A stretch of 62,815 bases of DNA, counting the filler. It is 5 parts of 5 records of this genome, joined end to end, with 100 filler letters (N's around TTAATTAATTAA, not from the genome) between each part and the next. Parts side by side here need not be neighbours in the genome. Positions count along the whole stretch, not along the records: positions 22,926 to 48,108 come from DRR723986_4162; 4 more parts are not named here. One strand, given 5' to 3'. The position numbers and the translations under genes were made by a program. The notes under the pieces are model-generated. The model saw only the letters and a program-made list of their open reading frames with translations. It ran no database searches and was not told the DNA's origin. Positions 29,821-40,109 of the stretch are shown here, piece by piece (the first letter of the stretch is position 1; every line of letters starts with the position of its first letter).

Positions 29821-31743
29821 GTGCAAACTCTCGAGATGGTTATGCAGTCTTCATTTGCCAAGAACAACTTCTTTGCTGTCGTGGCCCTTTTTATATTTCA
29901 AGTGTGCTGCTTCCCTGCGGCTTCTTTTGGCGTGCCGCCGGGGGAGGCGTTGGTTTACAAGACGGTTGGCTCAACAGAGCTGGCAATCTACGTTACCAAA
30001 CCAAGCGACTGGAGCGCCGAAGACTCGCGGCCGGCAATCTTGTTCTTTCACGGCGGCGGATGGGTCGGCGGCTCGCCTGGGCAATTTACCGAACACGCGG
30101 CATACCTTGCGCAGCGTGGAATGGTTTGCTTCCAAGTGCAATATCGGCTTCTCGATAAGAAGAAAAAGCTGCCACCGGTGACGTGCACCGAAGATGCAAT
30201 TGATGCGATGCAGTGGGTTCGAAAGCGAGCCAAGGAATTTGGAATTGCACCGGACCGGATCGCATCAGCAGGAGGCTCTGCGGGCGGGCACCTAGCCGCA
30301 TTTCTCGGTACCGCGGCAAAGCTCAAGGAAGGCGAGGCGTCGCCCCGGCCCAATGCAATGTTATTGTTCAATCCAGTCTACGATAACGGACCGGGTGCTT
30401 GGGGTGCGGAGAGAGTTGGACAGCGATTTGATGAATTCTCGCCAATCCACAACATTTCGAGTGCAACTCCCCCCTCCGTGGTCTTCCTTGGAACGAAAGA
30501 CAAGCTAATCCCAGTTGAAACGGCTGAGCGCTTTCAAGAGCTCTGCAAAGCGTCAGGGGTTGTCAGCAAGCTCTTCACTTACGAGGGTCAAGAGCACGGG
30601 TTCTTCAACACCAATCGCGACAATGGTAGGTGGTTTGAGGCAACTCTGCGTGAAAGCGAACGTTTCCTTAGCGAGCTTGGATGGATCGATGGACCCTCCC
30701 ACCTGCCTCGCGCAAGAGCGAAGAACGTGATTTTAATTACGCTCGACGGTCTCCGGCAGGAAGAGGTTTTTCAAGGAGCTGATCAGCGCCTCTTTCTTGA
30801 TGACTTAGGCATCAAGAACCCCGCGACATACCGGAAACAGTACATTGGCCAGTCCGCAGAGCAGTCGCGGGAGATGCTGTTGCCGTTTCTATGGCAACAG
30901 GTTGCACAGGAGGGATGGATTGCGGGCGATGCGGAGAATGACTCTATTGTTAGAGTTACCAACGGCCGTTACTTCTCGTACCCGGGGTACAACGAACTGC
31001 TCTCCGGGAAGGCTGACGACCGAGTTGACTCGAACGCGAAGAAGCCCAATCAAAATGTGACAGTGCTCGAATGGTTGAATCAACGGGAGGACTTTCGCGG
31101 TAAGGTTGCAGCCTATTGTTCTTGGGATGTGTTCCCTTTCATCATCAATGAATCACGCAGTGGCGTGCCAGTGAATGCAGGCTGGGAAACGTTCACCGTT
31201 GGGCCAAAGGCTGCCGTCGATAGCCTCAACTTTGTTTCCGACAATATTTTCCGCGAGTGGGACAGTGTTCGCTACGATTCATTGACGGCCCGAGGTGCGA
31301 TGCTGGAGATGACAACAAACGCTCCCCGAGTGCTCTACATTTCACTTGGGGAGACCGACGATTGGGCCCACAGCGGACGATACGATCGGTATCTGGAAAG
31401 CGCTCACTACAACGATCAGATCATCAAGAGCATCTGGGAGCTGGCTCAGTCTCTGCCTGAGTACGCTAACCAGACCGCCCTTGTGATTACTACCGATCAT
31501 GGACGCGGTGCAGGTCGCGAAGGCTGGAAGAATCACAGCGCTAGTTTGCCTGGATCCGAGTTCATCTGGATCGCCGCCATGGGCGCGGGAGTTGGCGGAA
31601 CCTCGGCTGAGCCGGCAGCCCCATACACGCAATCGCAGATTGCTGCGACCGTGGCAGCTCTCTTGGACGAAGACTTTACAAAGGTGCGCGACTGCGCAAA
31701 ACCGTTGCCCATTGTTGGCATGCCTAGTTTCGCTGCCCCCTAG
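29821..31743 (+). CDS. Secreted fusion: alpha/beta-hydrolase (esterase) + alkaline-phosphatase-superfamily domain
   Basis: FFHGGGW, GGSAGGH, GTKD, EHGFF; then NVILITLDGLR, FSYPGY, GETDDWAH, ITTDHGRG. Confidence 0.85.
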   Translation: MQTLEMVMQSSFAKNNFFAVVALFIFQVCCFPAASFGVPPGEALVYKTVGSTELAIYVTKPSDWSAEDSRPAILFFHGGGWVGGSPGQFTEHAAYLAQRGMVCFQVQYRLLDKKKKLPPVTCTEDAIDAMQWVRKRAKEFGIAPDRIASAGGSAGGHLAAFLGTAAKLKEGEASPRPNAMLLFNPVYDNGPGAWGAERVGQRFDEFSPIHNISSATPPSVVFLGTKDKLIPVETAERFQELCKASGVVSKLFTYEGQEHGFFNTNRDNGRWFEATLRESERFLSELGWIDGPSHLPRARAKNVILITLDGLRQEEVFQGADQRLFLDDLGIKNPATYRKQYIGQSAEQSREMLLPFLWQQVAQEGWIAGDAENDSIVRVTNGRYFSYPGYNELLSGKADDRVDSNAKKPNQNVTVLEWLNQREDFRGKVAAYCSWDVFPFIINESRSGVPVNAGWETFTVGPKAAVDSLNFVSDNIFREWDSVRYDSLTARGAMLEMTTNAPRVLYISLGETDDWAHSGRYDRYLESAHYNDQIIKSIWELAQSLPEYANQTALVITTDHGRGAGREGWKNHSASLPGSEFIWIAAMGAGVGGTSAEPAAPYTQSQIAATVAALLDEDFTKVRDCAKPLPIVGMPSFAAP

Positions 31744-32140
31744 ATTGTTGCGAGTTTCCGCGACGCGCGGCCACTGGTAACGCACCTGCTACAAGGGCAG
31801 CGTGCCTCAAGACCTTTGTACGAGCCCGACTTGTCCGATCGGGTTCAAGCAGGCGGGACGGCCGATTCAGCGGCACTAGGCTGTGACTCACACCGACGCG
31901 GTGCGCGACGGAAGGGCTGGAATGCGTATTCTGAACTCGCAAGATGGACTGGCATTGGGCGGACTTCATTCGCGCGACCGTCAAAACCGCTAATTCCATA
32001 CCACCATGCTTAGCTATAGCGTTCTCTGGCTGGCGGCTTGGCGGGTGTCCCTGTCTGCTTCTTTCTTGGCGTCCTATGTTTCTCGGGGAGCACTCCCAAT
32101 GGCCAATTTCTGACAACGAACTCGCTCGACCTCCAACGCC

Positions 32141-33541
32141 ATGCCGAACGTTCAAATCAAGTCCGCCCGAAGTTCCGTAGCATTGATCCAACGCATTGTC
32201 GATGCGTTCGTTATTGCCGCATCCTTGTATGCGAGCCAGTGGATGGCCGGCCAAGACCGGAGCGATACGACTTTGTTGGCTGTTACAACGGCGATTATCG
32301 TCTACATGCTGGCAAACGAAGCAACCGTCGGATTCCAATCAAAGATTGGCAAGACCGCGACCAGCGAACTGCTTAATGTTCTCGCTAGTTGGAGCATAAC
32401 GGTCCTGGTCATGGCGATGCTGGCTTTCTTCAGCCGCTACGGCATGAGCTTCGCACGAAGTAGTGTGTTCGGTTGGATTATCCTGGGCGGTGCGTCCCTC
32501 GGCCTCGTCCGCATGTTCTTCCGCCTCGCGTCGGAGCTACTGCTAAAGTCGGGTTTGACAGGTCGAAAGTGCGCGATCGCTGGTGTTAATCAATTGGGCG
32601 TGAGGCTAGACGAAAACGCCCGCTTGAACCCAGACTGTGGCATGCAAGTGGTCGGCTTTTTTGACGACCGAACGCCCAACCGCTGGGATGTGGATCTTGA
32701 TGAAGACCGATACAACGGCAAACTTGATGCGCTCGTTCAGCGTGCAAAAGCGGGTGAAATCGATACCGTTTTTGTCACACTGCCGATGCGAGCAGAAGCC
32801 AGAATAAAGTGGCTTTTGGACAAGCTCGCCGACACGACCGCTAGCGCCTATATTGTTCCTGACTTCTTCGTATTCGAGCTTTTGCACTCACGTTGGGGAA
32901 TGGTCGGCGACTTGCCTGCCGTCAGCGTCTTCGAAACGCCCCTGTACGGAGTCGATAGCTGGATCAAGCGCTCATTCGACTTCACTGTTGCAGCGGTTGG
33001 ACTAGTGCTGATTTCACCGGTCATGCTTGCGTGTGCAATTCTGGTCAAAGCTACGTCTGCTGGTCCTGTATTCTTCCGCCAGAAACGTTACGGCTTGGAC
33101 GGAAAGGAAATCTGGGTTTGGAAGTTTAGGTCAATGACTACATGCGACAATGGACCTGTCGTTTCGCAAGCCAAACGCGGAGACAGTCGCATCACTCCAG
33201 TCGGTGCAGTGCTACGAAAAACATCACTCGATGAGTTACCGCAGCTCTTTAACGTTATCGAAGGCACGATGTCACTTGTTGGCCCTCGTCCCCATGCTTC
33301 GGCACATAACGAACACTACCGCAAACTGATCCGCGGATACATGCTACGTCACAAGGTGAAGCCCGGAATCACGGGCCTTGCTCAAGTGGAAGGCTACCGG
33401 GGAGAAACTGAAACTCTGGACAAGATGCAGAAACGCATCGACTACGACCACCGGTATATTCAGCAGTGGTCGATTTGGCTGGATGTCAAAATCATCTTGC
33501 GTACATTCTTTGTCGTTTTCAAACAAGAGAACGCCTACTAA
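32141..33541 (+). CDS. wcaJ: Undecaprenyl-phosphate glucose phosphotransferase
   Basis: N-terminal TMs, VGFFDDR, KRSFD, KFRSM, TSLDELPQLFNV, SLVGPRPHA, KPGITGLAQV. Confidence 0.92.
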   Translation: MPNVQIKSARSSVALIQRIVDAFVIAASLYASQWMAGQDRSDTTLLAVTTAIIVYMLANEATVGFQSKIGKTATSELLNVLASWSITVLVMAMLAFFSRYGMSFARSSVFGWIILGGASLGLVRMFFRLASELLLKSGLTGRKCAIAGVNQLGVRLDENARLNPDCGMQVVGFFDDRTPNRWDVDLDEDRYNGKLDALVQRAKAGEIDTVFVTLPMRAEARIKWLLDKLADTTASAYIVPDFFVFELLHSRWGMVGDLPAVSVFETPLYGVDSWIKRSFDFTVAAVGLVLISPVMLACAILVKATSAGPVFFRQKRYGLDGKEIWVWKFRSMTTCDNGPVVSQAKRGDSRITPVGAVLRKTSLDELPQLFNVIEGTMSLVGPRPHASAHNEHYRKLIRGYMLRHKVKPGITGLAQVEGYRGETETLDKMQKRIDYDHRYIQQWSIWLDVKIILRTFFVVFKQENAY

Positions 33542-33587
33542 CGACTGTCGAACTCGGTAGCAACACAACACGTCTCCGCTTCGGCAG

Positions 33588-34487
33588 TCACTTCAGCAAT
33601 CGTTTGACCGCCGATGCAACGCCTAGGGTCACTTCAGTCATACGGCCATAGTCCAAAGTGTCGGGCGTATCAGTTGCTTGGTGATAATGTGGGTTACGCA
33701 GAAAGCTGGTGTCAGTCAGCATGAGCGCGGGATAGCCCTGGTCCCAGTAAGAGCTGTTGTCGCTCAGTCTAATGGCTTGCACCATCTCCGGCAGGCAGAT
33801 TGAGAATAGCTTTAGTCGTCGACTGCCGCGCAGAAAACCGCGACGAAACTGCCAACACAGGTTCTTGGATTTGAGATTACCGACGGCCGCCAGAAAGTTT
33901 GCGCATTTCGGAAACAGAGGAGAACACCATTTCGGGATCCCTGGCGGGAGTGATTGAGATCCCGGTTCGTCCTTGTAGTAGCCCACCATCTCGAGGCAGA
34001 GCATGCCGACGATGTTTTCACCAGCCGTTCTGGGTATTCGAGCGTTGTGCTGACTGCCCATTGAGTCGCAGTTGAAGTACGGCGGCTCCTCACAGGCAAA
34101 GGCAACGCAGCGCAGCGTTCGGCGTCCCTGGTAACCCGCAAGCAAACGAGACACCTCCAGCATCACAGCCACTGCCGAAGCGTTGTCATCCGCTCCAGGG
34201 GTGCAAGCTACCGTATCGTAGTGTGCCCCTAGAACGACAATCTGTTGACTTCGTGTTGTTCCCTGAGTTTCGACGATTAGGTTCTTGGCCGGTTGATCAA
34301 TTGCCTCGAAGTGCTCCTCCCGAACGTCGTACCCCTGTTCGACCCAGCACGAAGTGATCAATCCCGTCGTTGCCTCAATGGTCTTGGGCTGTCCAAGGTG
34401 TCGCGGTCCGATCAGACCAGCAAGTTTATCAACATGCTGCCTCAATCGACTTTCAATAAGTTGTCGTTCGTTGTCAGGCACGTTCAT
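33588..34487 (-). CDS. M28-family peptidase
   Basis: LGAHYD, PGADDNASA, CEEPP, LEMVGY, SDNSSYW, RNPHYH; start at MNVPDN. Confidence 0.9.
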   Translation of the reverse strand: MNVPDNERQLIESRLRQHVDKLAGLIGPRHLGQPKTIEATTGLITSCWVEQGYDVREEHFEAIDQPAKNLIVETQGTTRSQQIVVLGAHYDTVACTPGADDNASAVAVMLEVSRLLAGYQGRRTLRCVAFACEEPPYFNCDSMGSQHNARIPRTAGENIVGMLCLEMVGYYKDEPGSQSLPPGIPKWCSPLFPKCANFLAAVGNLKSKNLCWQFRRGFLRGSRRLKLFSICLPEMVQAIRLSDNSSYWDQGYPALMLTDTSFLRNPHYHQATDTPDTLDYGRMTEVTLGVASAVKRLLK

Positions 34488-34510
34488 TGTTACTAACTCT
34501 TTGCTGCGTC

Positions 34511-35980
34511 CTAGCGTTCGGTCGGGTCCTGAACAGCTTCGCCCCAGTCGTCGATGCCGATGATTGGCAGCGCAAAACGAAAGGCATCTTGCCAATCCGA
34601 CTGATCCGCCGCCTTGAAGACCTCGTAGACACGTTTCTTGCTTGCCCGTTTCCGAAGTTCTTTGTCGTACTTCCACAGACCAAGAGCTAAGCCACCCTCT
34701 CGAGGATGGTCGACGTGGCGATGTAAAATGAAAGCATCAACCTGCGGCAGGGAATCAGCGATGCGATAGGCATAGCAGTACGCCGCCGCTTGGACTAGTT
34801 CCCCTTGATCCCCTTTGGGCGTATGAAAGCCTTGCTCACTAAGGATGATGCGGCGCGGCGCACCGGCGTAAAGCATCTCGTCGCGCTGAAGAAACTTACT
34901 CAGCACACCAAGATTCTTAAACGTGATCTTCGGCGTGTCTTCCGACCAAACCGCTTGCTTGTCATGCCAGAACTCAGGATCGAACAAATTCTCCGGGTAC
35001 GGGTGAAAAGCAACGTGCCATGCAAAATCGCCGCGCTCGCGAGCGTGTCTTGCAAACCGCTGCAGGAAGTCTCGCCCGGCGAACGAGCGCGATGGTTTGT
35101 TGGGAGAGAATGTGGCCGTCCAGTGATGTTCCAGTGATATGTAGACTCGTGCCCAAGGTGCAGTTTCAGTAACGGCCAAGTGCGCAACTCTCACGGCTTC
35201 TTCGTATTGTTCCACGAACGAATCAATACTGACTTCGCCCATGTTGTACCACCACCAATGGGAGTTAACTTCATTGCCAATGATATAGCCGACGACCCTG
35301 CCGTTTTCCCACCGACCATCGGACTGGACGCTGAAGTGGTTTGCTAGGAACGACATCACGGCCCGAAACGTCTCCCGGCCGTCAGCGGTCTTGGTATTGA
35401 AGGCGCTGATCCCATTCGGGGCTTGGTGGCTGTAGTTAGGGTGGACCAACGAAGATTGTTCGGCCGTCAGCGAGCCAGGTATATTTAGCAGAATGAGATA
35501 AACCAGCGCACCTGAGTCAGACATGGCCTTGATGCGGCGGGCTTGCGACTCCAGATAGCGAGAATTGATCCTGTACTGCTTACCACGATACTCCCAAATC
35601 CTGTCGTCTTCGCGCGGCGCACGAGAAACTAATGAAGGCAGGGATAAGTTGAAAGCAGCGTGCTTGACTCCAAGGGAGATTGCATCTTCGATGTCCTCGA
35701 CCTGCAGTCCCTTCTTAGAACCAACCTCTGGGAATTGAAGTTGCGCGTTGTTCGGTCGACCTGAATTTGGCTCATCCTGCTTGGCAATGCCACTAATCGA
35801 ATCAATGCCGTCACCTGCATCAGTACTCGCATTGGCGTTGCTTTGAGCGAACGTACTGTCTAACGCGGCGGCCGAGCCGTCTAGCTGTGCGTTGACGCTG
35901 ACATTCAAACTCAAAAACACCGCCATGCACTTGAGTGACAAAGACAGTCTGGTTAGGCCCGTTGGCACTTGGCTTAGCAT
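34511..35980 (-). CDS. Secreted DUF5722-like protein (putative GH-A clan TIM barrel)
   Basis: SKKGLQ, YIIGNEVNSH, AFHPYPE, ITFKNL, ILSEQGF; signal peptide. Confidence 0.75.
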   Translation of the reverse strand: MLSQVPTGLTRLSLSLKCMAVFLSLNVSVNAQLDGSAAALDSTFAQSNANASTDAGDGIDSISGIAKQDEPNSGRPNNAQLQFPEVGSKKGLQVEDIEDAISLGVKHAAFNLSLPSLVSRAPREDDRIWEYRGKQYRINSRYLESQARRIKAMSDSGALVYLILLNIPGSLTAEQSSLVHPNYSHQAPNGISAFNTKTADGRETFRAVMSFLANHFSVQSDGRWENGRVVGYIIGNEVNSHWWWYNMGEVSIDSFVEQYEEAVRVAHLAVTETAPWARVYISLEHHWTATFSPNKPSRSFAGRDFLQRFARHARERGDFAWHVAFHPYPENLFDPEFWHDKQAVWSEDTPKITFKNLGVLSKFLQRDEMLYAGAPRRIILSEQGFHTPKGDQGELVQAAAYCYAYRIADSLPQVDAFILHRHVDHPREGGLALGLWKYDKELRKRASKKRVYEVFKAADQSDWQDAFRFALPIIGIDDWGEAVQDPTER

Positions 35981-36087
35981 GTTAATCGCGTTTGGTTGTT
36001 TTGGGGTAATGATACGAAACGAGCCCGAAGGGTTCGCCTTCGAGCTCGTCGATTGTATTCTTATTTGTATGGACAGGCCCGCTTAGG

Positions 36088-36648
36088 CTACTCCTCCATA
36101 ACGTCCGCTTCGCGAGTCTTCGCTGCTTCAGTGGCTTCCGTCTCGTACTTCTTAGTCAGCTCTTGAACGTCGTCTTTCATTCTGTCACGATCGTCCTCGC
36201 TAATCTCCTTCTCCTTTTCCGCCGTTTCGATAACCTTATTGGCATCGCGACGAATACTACGAATAGAGATCTTTGCTTCCTCTGCGAGTTCCTTGATTCG
36301 AGCGACCATCTTCTTACGAACGTCGGTACTAAGAGGCGGTATGTTGATCCGAATGATTTTGCCGTCATTCTGTGGATTCAATCCCAGGTCACTTGCCACG
36401 ATCGCCTTTTCTATATCCTTGATCGTGCCAGCGTCGTAAGGACGAATCATCAACTGACTCGGTTCCGGAGCTCCAATGGAAGCGAGCTGCTTCAGGGGAC
36501 TTTGCGAGCCGTAGGCTTCAACCCGAACGCTGTCTACCAACCCAGGCGTCGCCCTTCCCGTACGAATGCCGCTCAATGCATGTTTCAGTACGCTGATCGC
36601 TTTTTCCATTCGCTCTTCAGCATCCAACATCACATCATCAACACTCAT
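36088..36648 (-). CDS. frr: Ribosome recycling factor
   Basis: IRTGRATP, SDLGLNPQNDG, PPLSTDVRK, IRSIRRDAN. Confidence 0.97.
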   Translation of the reverse strand: MSVDDVMLDAEERMEKAISVLKHALSGIRTGRATPGLVDSVRVEAYGSQSPLKQLASIGAPEPSQLMIRPYDAGTIKDIEKAIVASDLGLNPQNDGKIIRINIPPLSTDVRKKMVARIKELAEEAKISIRSIRRDANKVIETAEKEKEISEDDRDRMKDDVQELTKKYETEATEAAKTREADVMEE

Positions 36649-36899
36649 CTCATTTTTCCTATCTGCTCAAGTGGAATACCACGCTGGCACGCTCCGAGAA
36701 TCCATCCTTGGAGGTTGCTGCTGCAAGCCCAACTGGATGTAGGTGCCAACCAATCACTGACCCATCGGCCAGCCGCCGGACCCCCAAGATTACCGTTTTC
36801 CAGCCGCTATCGAAAGCATACAACACGGTCGCAACCACGAAAAACGCTGGATTCCCGCCACCTACGGAATTCCTAAGATTGTTCAGCGATACTGCGGAT

Positions 36900-37223
36900 T
36901 CAACGGGCGAGTAACCAGATCAGCCCAATGCACGATACGCCAACTACGAACAACCAAAAAAGTCCAACGCAAATCCAGCAATAAAGCGCAAAACGCAGCA
37001 TCGAGTCGATCCCGAGTTGGAAGGGCAGCCGGAGTTGCTGCCCGTCTTTCTTGCCAATAACCAATCCGAGCAGACCAATAGCGAAGGGCACCAACACACC
37101 GGCAGCATGGACGAATACTACAACGGCCAAAAACTCGTCGCCTTGGCTGGCAAATGAGTAAACGGCCGCCATTGCCGCGAAGAATGCGTTGAGGCCGAAC
37201 AAATCCGCAAGTTGAAATCTCAT
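36900..37223 (-). CDS. Small hypothetical membrane protein
   Basis: Starts MRFQLADLF (resembles planctomycete RFSLxxLL-type N-termini); 3 TM segments. Confidence 0.6.
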   Translation of the reverse strand: MRFQLADLFGLNAFFAAMAAVYSFASQGDEFLAVVVFVHAAGVLVPFAIGLLGLVIGKKDGQQLRLPFQLGIDSMLRFALYCWICVGLFWLFVVGVSCIGLIWLLAR

Positions 37224-37273
37224 CGGCGAGTACAAAACGCGACGCGTTCGATCGCATTCCCAAACGCTAGAAA

Positions 37274-38737
37274 CTAGGAGAAGAAGAAGCGGGTCAGATG
37301 AAAGAACACCGGTGCAGCAAAACACAGCGTATCAATGCGGTCGAGCACACCAGCGTGACCAACGACCAGGCTGCCATAGTCATTAACACCACGGTCTCGC
37401 TTGATGGCACTCATCGTCATTCCGCCAAACATCCCCATGACTGCAATGACCATTGACATACATGCTGCTTCCCAGGGGCGAAACGGAGTTACGCCATAGA
37501 GGACTGCGCCAATCATGCCCGTCGATAACGTGCCACCAATGAACCCTTCCCAAGTGCGGCTGGCGCTAATCTCCGGTGCAATAACGCGTCGTCCTACGAA
37601 ATGCCCCCACGTCCACTGCAAAATGTCCGATAGCTGAGACATCAGAACGAGGAAGAACAACAGGCCAGCAGGACTTCCGCTCCATGAATCTCCGGACGAA
37701 TCAGTCAGTGTTAAATTAATCAGAGCCGGAGCAAAACTGAGCGAGTAGACACAGATCAGCAGCCCGAAGGTAATCTGTGCCGAACGCTCCAAGAATCGCT
37801 TGTGGTCACCGGACAAGGCAACGCGGGCCGGGATAAGCAGCGAAGCATAGACCGGAATGAGCACCGAGTAGAGTCCATAGAAACCAGAGCTCGGCTGCCA
37901 GCTTACGCGATTCTCAAGCGCTATCAGCAGGTACTGGACAGGCGTGATGACAATCAATGCCCAGAACAACGCGCGGTGATCGCCGCGTCGAGTTGGAGTC
38001 ATCGTGATAAATTCGCGAAGTGCCCAGAAGGATACTATCCCGAATACGACGACCGTACCAATCTGCTGCAAAACAATCCCAAACACCAAGACGGCGCACA
38101 TCAACCACCAAACGTTCAGGCGTTGACGAAACCGTCGCACAAGCGCTGGGTTGACGTATTCTGTCGGCTGGCGTCTCAAGTAACGTCCGACTAGAGTTGC
38201 GATTCCAAGCACGATGAGCACTGCGCCCATCAAGATGCTTGTTGGAGTATTCCACCACGGATGCTGGGGGAACGACATTCCGGTAGCAACATCGATTGAG
38301 AATTCACTGCCTTCTGAAGTCTGCGAGCCGTCGCCCGCTTCGGCAAGTTCGGATTGCTCAGATCGCCTCGGCGGTGAAGCGTTCTCTTCCGAACCAGTTG
38401 CCTCAACCGATGCAGCTTCTTCCGAATCCCCATCGCTTGACACCGGATCGCTAACTTCAGCATTGCCATTCTCGCCATCGGGCAGGTTGTCTGACGGCTG
38501 TGAGTCATCGTTGCGCCGGCCAGAATCCTGAGGACCTACTGATTGCTCGGGAGCTTGCGGGATTTCCAGCTCATCCTGTGCGGCCACTTCGGCTAGTGGC
38601 AGTTCTTCCGAGACCGCGCCACGGCAGATGCCACCGATGCAGCACAACACAATTACAAGTGCGGCTACTGCCGGAATCGGTTTTCGCACAGAGGTTCGCG
38701 CAAGGGGAAGCCGACGGTCAGCGATGGAAGCAAGCAT
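37274..38737 (-). CDS. Phosphatidate cytidylyltransferase (YnbB/CdsA-like) with acidic N-terminal extension
   Basis: SDILQWTWGH, ISASRTWEG, MSAIKRDRGVND, GHAGVLDRID. Confidence 0.88.
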   Translation of the reverse strand: MLASIADRRLPLARTSVRKPIPAVAALVIVLCCIGGICRGAVSEELPLAEVAAQDELEIPQAPEQSVGPQDSGRRNDDSQPSDNLPDGENGNAEVSDPVSSDGDSEEAASVEATGSEENASPPRRSEQSELAEAGDGSQTSEGSEFSIDVATGMSFPQHPWWNTPTSILMGAVLIVLGIATLVGRYLRRQPTEYVNPALVRRFRQRLNVWWLMCAVLVFGIVLQQIGTVVVFGIVSFWALREFITMTPTRRGDHRALFWALIVITPVQYLLIALENRVSWQPSSGFYGLYSVLIPVYASLLIPARVALSGDHKRFLERSAQITFGLLICVYSLSFAPALINLTLTDSSGDSWSGSPAGLLFFLVLMSQLSDILQWTWGHFVGRRVIAPEISASRTWEGFIGGTLSTGMIGAVLYGVTPFRPWEAACMSMVIAVMGMFGGMTMSAIKRDRGVNDYGSLVVGHAGVLDRIDTLCFAAPVFFHLTRFFFS

Positions 38738-38742
38738 AAACT

Positions 38743-39186
38743 TCAGTCGGATTCAACGGGGGATTCAGTAGACCGCTTCTTCCACATTTCGACTTGATTG
38801 CCGCGCTTGTTGTAGACAACTCGGCTCATCATTTCATTGATCAACATCACACCACGACCATTGGTGCATTGCAGGTTTTCGTCATCACGCGGATCAGGCA
38901 GCTTCTTTGGGTCGAAACCTTCCCCTGCATCGGTGAAGCGCAGGTACACGTCTTGCGGCGAGACTTTGAACTCGATTTTCACCTTCTTGTCGGGCGACTC
39001 TTTGTTGCCGTGCTTGACGGCATTCACCATCGCCTCTTCAGCGGCCATTTGAATGTGGAAGAAGTCTCGTCCATCCCAGCCTTCGGCAGTAAGGACGCTG
39101 AGCAGTTTCTCGATGACTTCGTGTCCCACATCCACGGAACTGGGGATGTCGGTCGCAAGCGTCCAACTCCAGTCTGACTCTTCCAT
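38743..39186 (-). CDS. RsbW-like anti-sigma factor / Ser kinase (HATPase_c_2)
   Basis: EEAMVNAVKHGN, DAGEGFDP, GRGVMLI, GNQV. Confidence 0.9.
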   Translation of the reverse strand: MEESDWSWTLATDIPSSVDVGHEVIEKLLSVLTAEGWDGRDFFHIQMAAEEAMVNAVKHGNKESPDKKVKIEFKVSPQDVYLRFTDAGEGFDPKKLPDPRDDENLQCTNGRGVMLINEMMSRVVYNKRGNQVEMWKKRSTESPVESD

Positions 39187-39359
39187 GTTCCGCTCCGATG
39201 GTTTAGTCGCTTGTCTCTCAATGCAAGCTCTATAAATTGAATGCAGAACAATTACATGCTCTGAATCAATTGCAGTTTGGCGACGAGCCAATCCCGGCGG
39301 TGGTGGACTCGATTAGTCACGCCAAGGCCTGGACCGTTCGTCCGACACGTGAGCTGGCT

Positions 39360-39725
39360 CTATTCGCTTACGCCGAAAGCTCGCTTCGCTTCAGCCTCAG
39401 TCTTGCGAATGTCAAAGACCAGATTCAGGCGTGTCAACGTGAACACTTCCATGATCTCTGGGACCAAGTTGCACAGCCGCAGAATTCCACCGACCTCTTT
39501 CACTCTTCGATCCATTACGATCAATTTGTTGAGAGCGGCCGAGGACATGAATGCGACCCCCTCGAAGTTGAGGAGGATATGCTTCATATGCTCATCATCG
39601 ACCAGCGAAAGAAGCTCCGCCCCCATCTCTTCGATGTTGGCGCTGTCGACAATCTTCGTATCAGCGAACCGGACCGTAGCCAACTCACCTACGACAGAAA
39701 CAATGATGCGACTCCTGTCAGCCAT
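39360..39725 (-). CDS. STAS-domain anti-sigma factor antagonist
   Basis: LNFEGVAFMSSAAL, GGILRLCNL, EVFTLTRL; RBS AGGAG. Confidence 0.92.
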   Translation of the reverse strand: MADRSRIIVSVVGELATVRFADTKIVDSANIEEMGAELLSLVDDEHMKHILLNFEGVAFMSSAALNKLIVMDRRVKEVGGILRLCNLVPEIMEVFTLTRLNLVFDIRKTEAEAKRAFGVSE

Positions 39726-40109
39726 GAACTTCTCCTGATTGCCTCTATTGGAATATTCGCATGATAGGAAGCTAAGCTGCCTAACGGGCTGGTTTTTTCG
39801 ATCGTTGCAGATATTCACTGCCGCAAGGTTGGAAATTCGGGCCGCAATCTTGAGCGGTCGTTCGTTTCTGCAAAATTACTTTGCTCACAGCTATCTGTTA
39901 ACCTGTTGTATGCTAAGGCAAAACGGCTGTGCTAGCAAGGATGCGTCCCGACCGGTGGCGAAACCGTCAAGCTGATTTGGCCGTCTTCCGCCGCGTTACA
40001 CCAAGTGAGCGGTTTCTGCCCTCGCGACGCACCCGCTGAGCGATATCGCATTTCCGATGAAATCAGCCGAGTCGCAAAGAACAGGCCATCTCTTACAATT
40101 CCGAATACG

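Noticed and set aside
31744-32140. c-di-GMP riboswitch or ops element upstream of wcaJ
   Set aside because: No GEMM core or GGCGGTAG motif recognised
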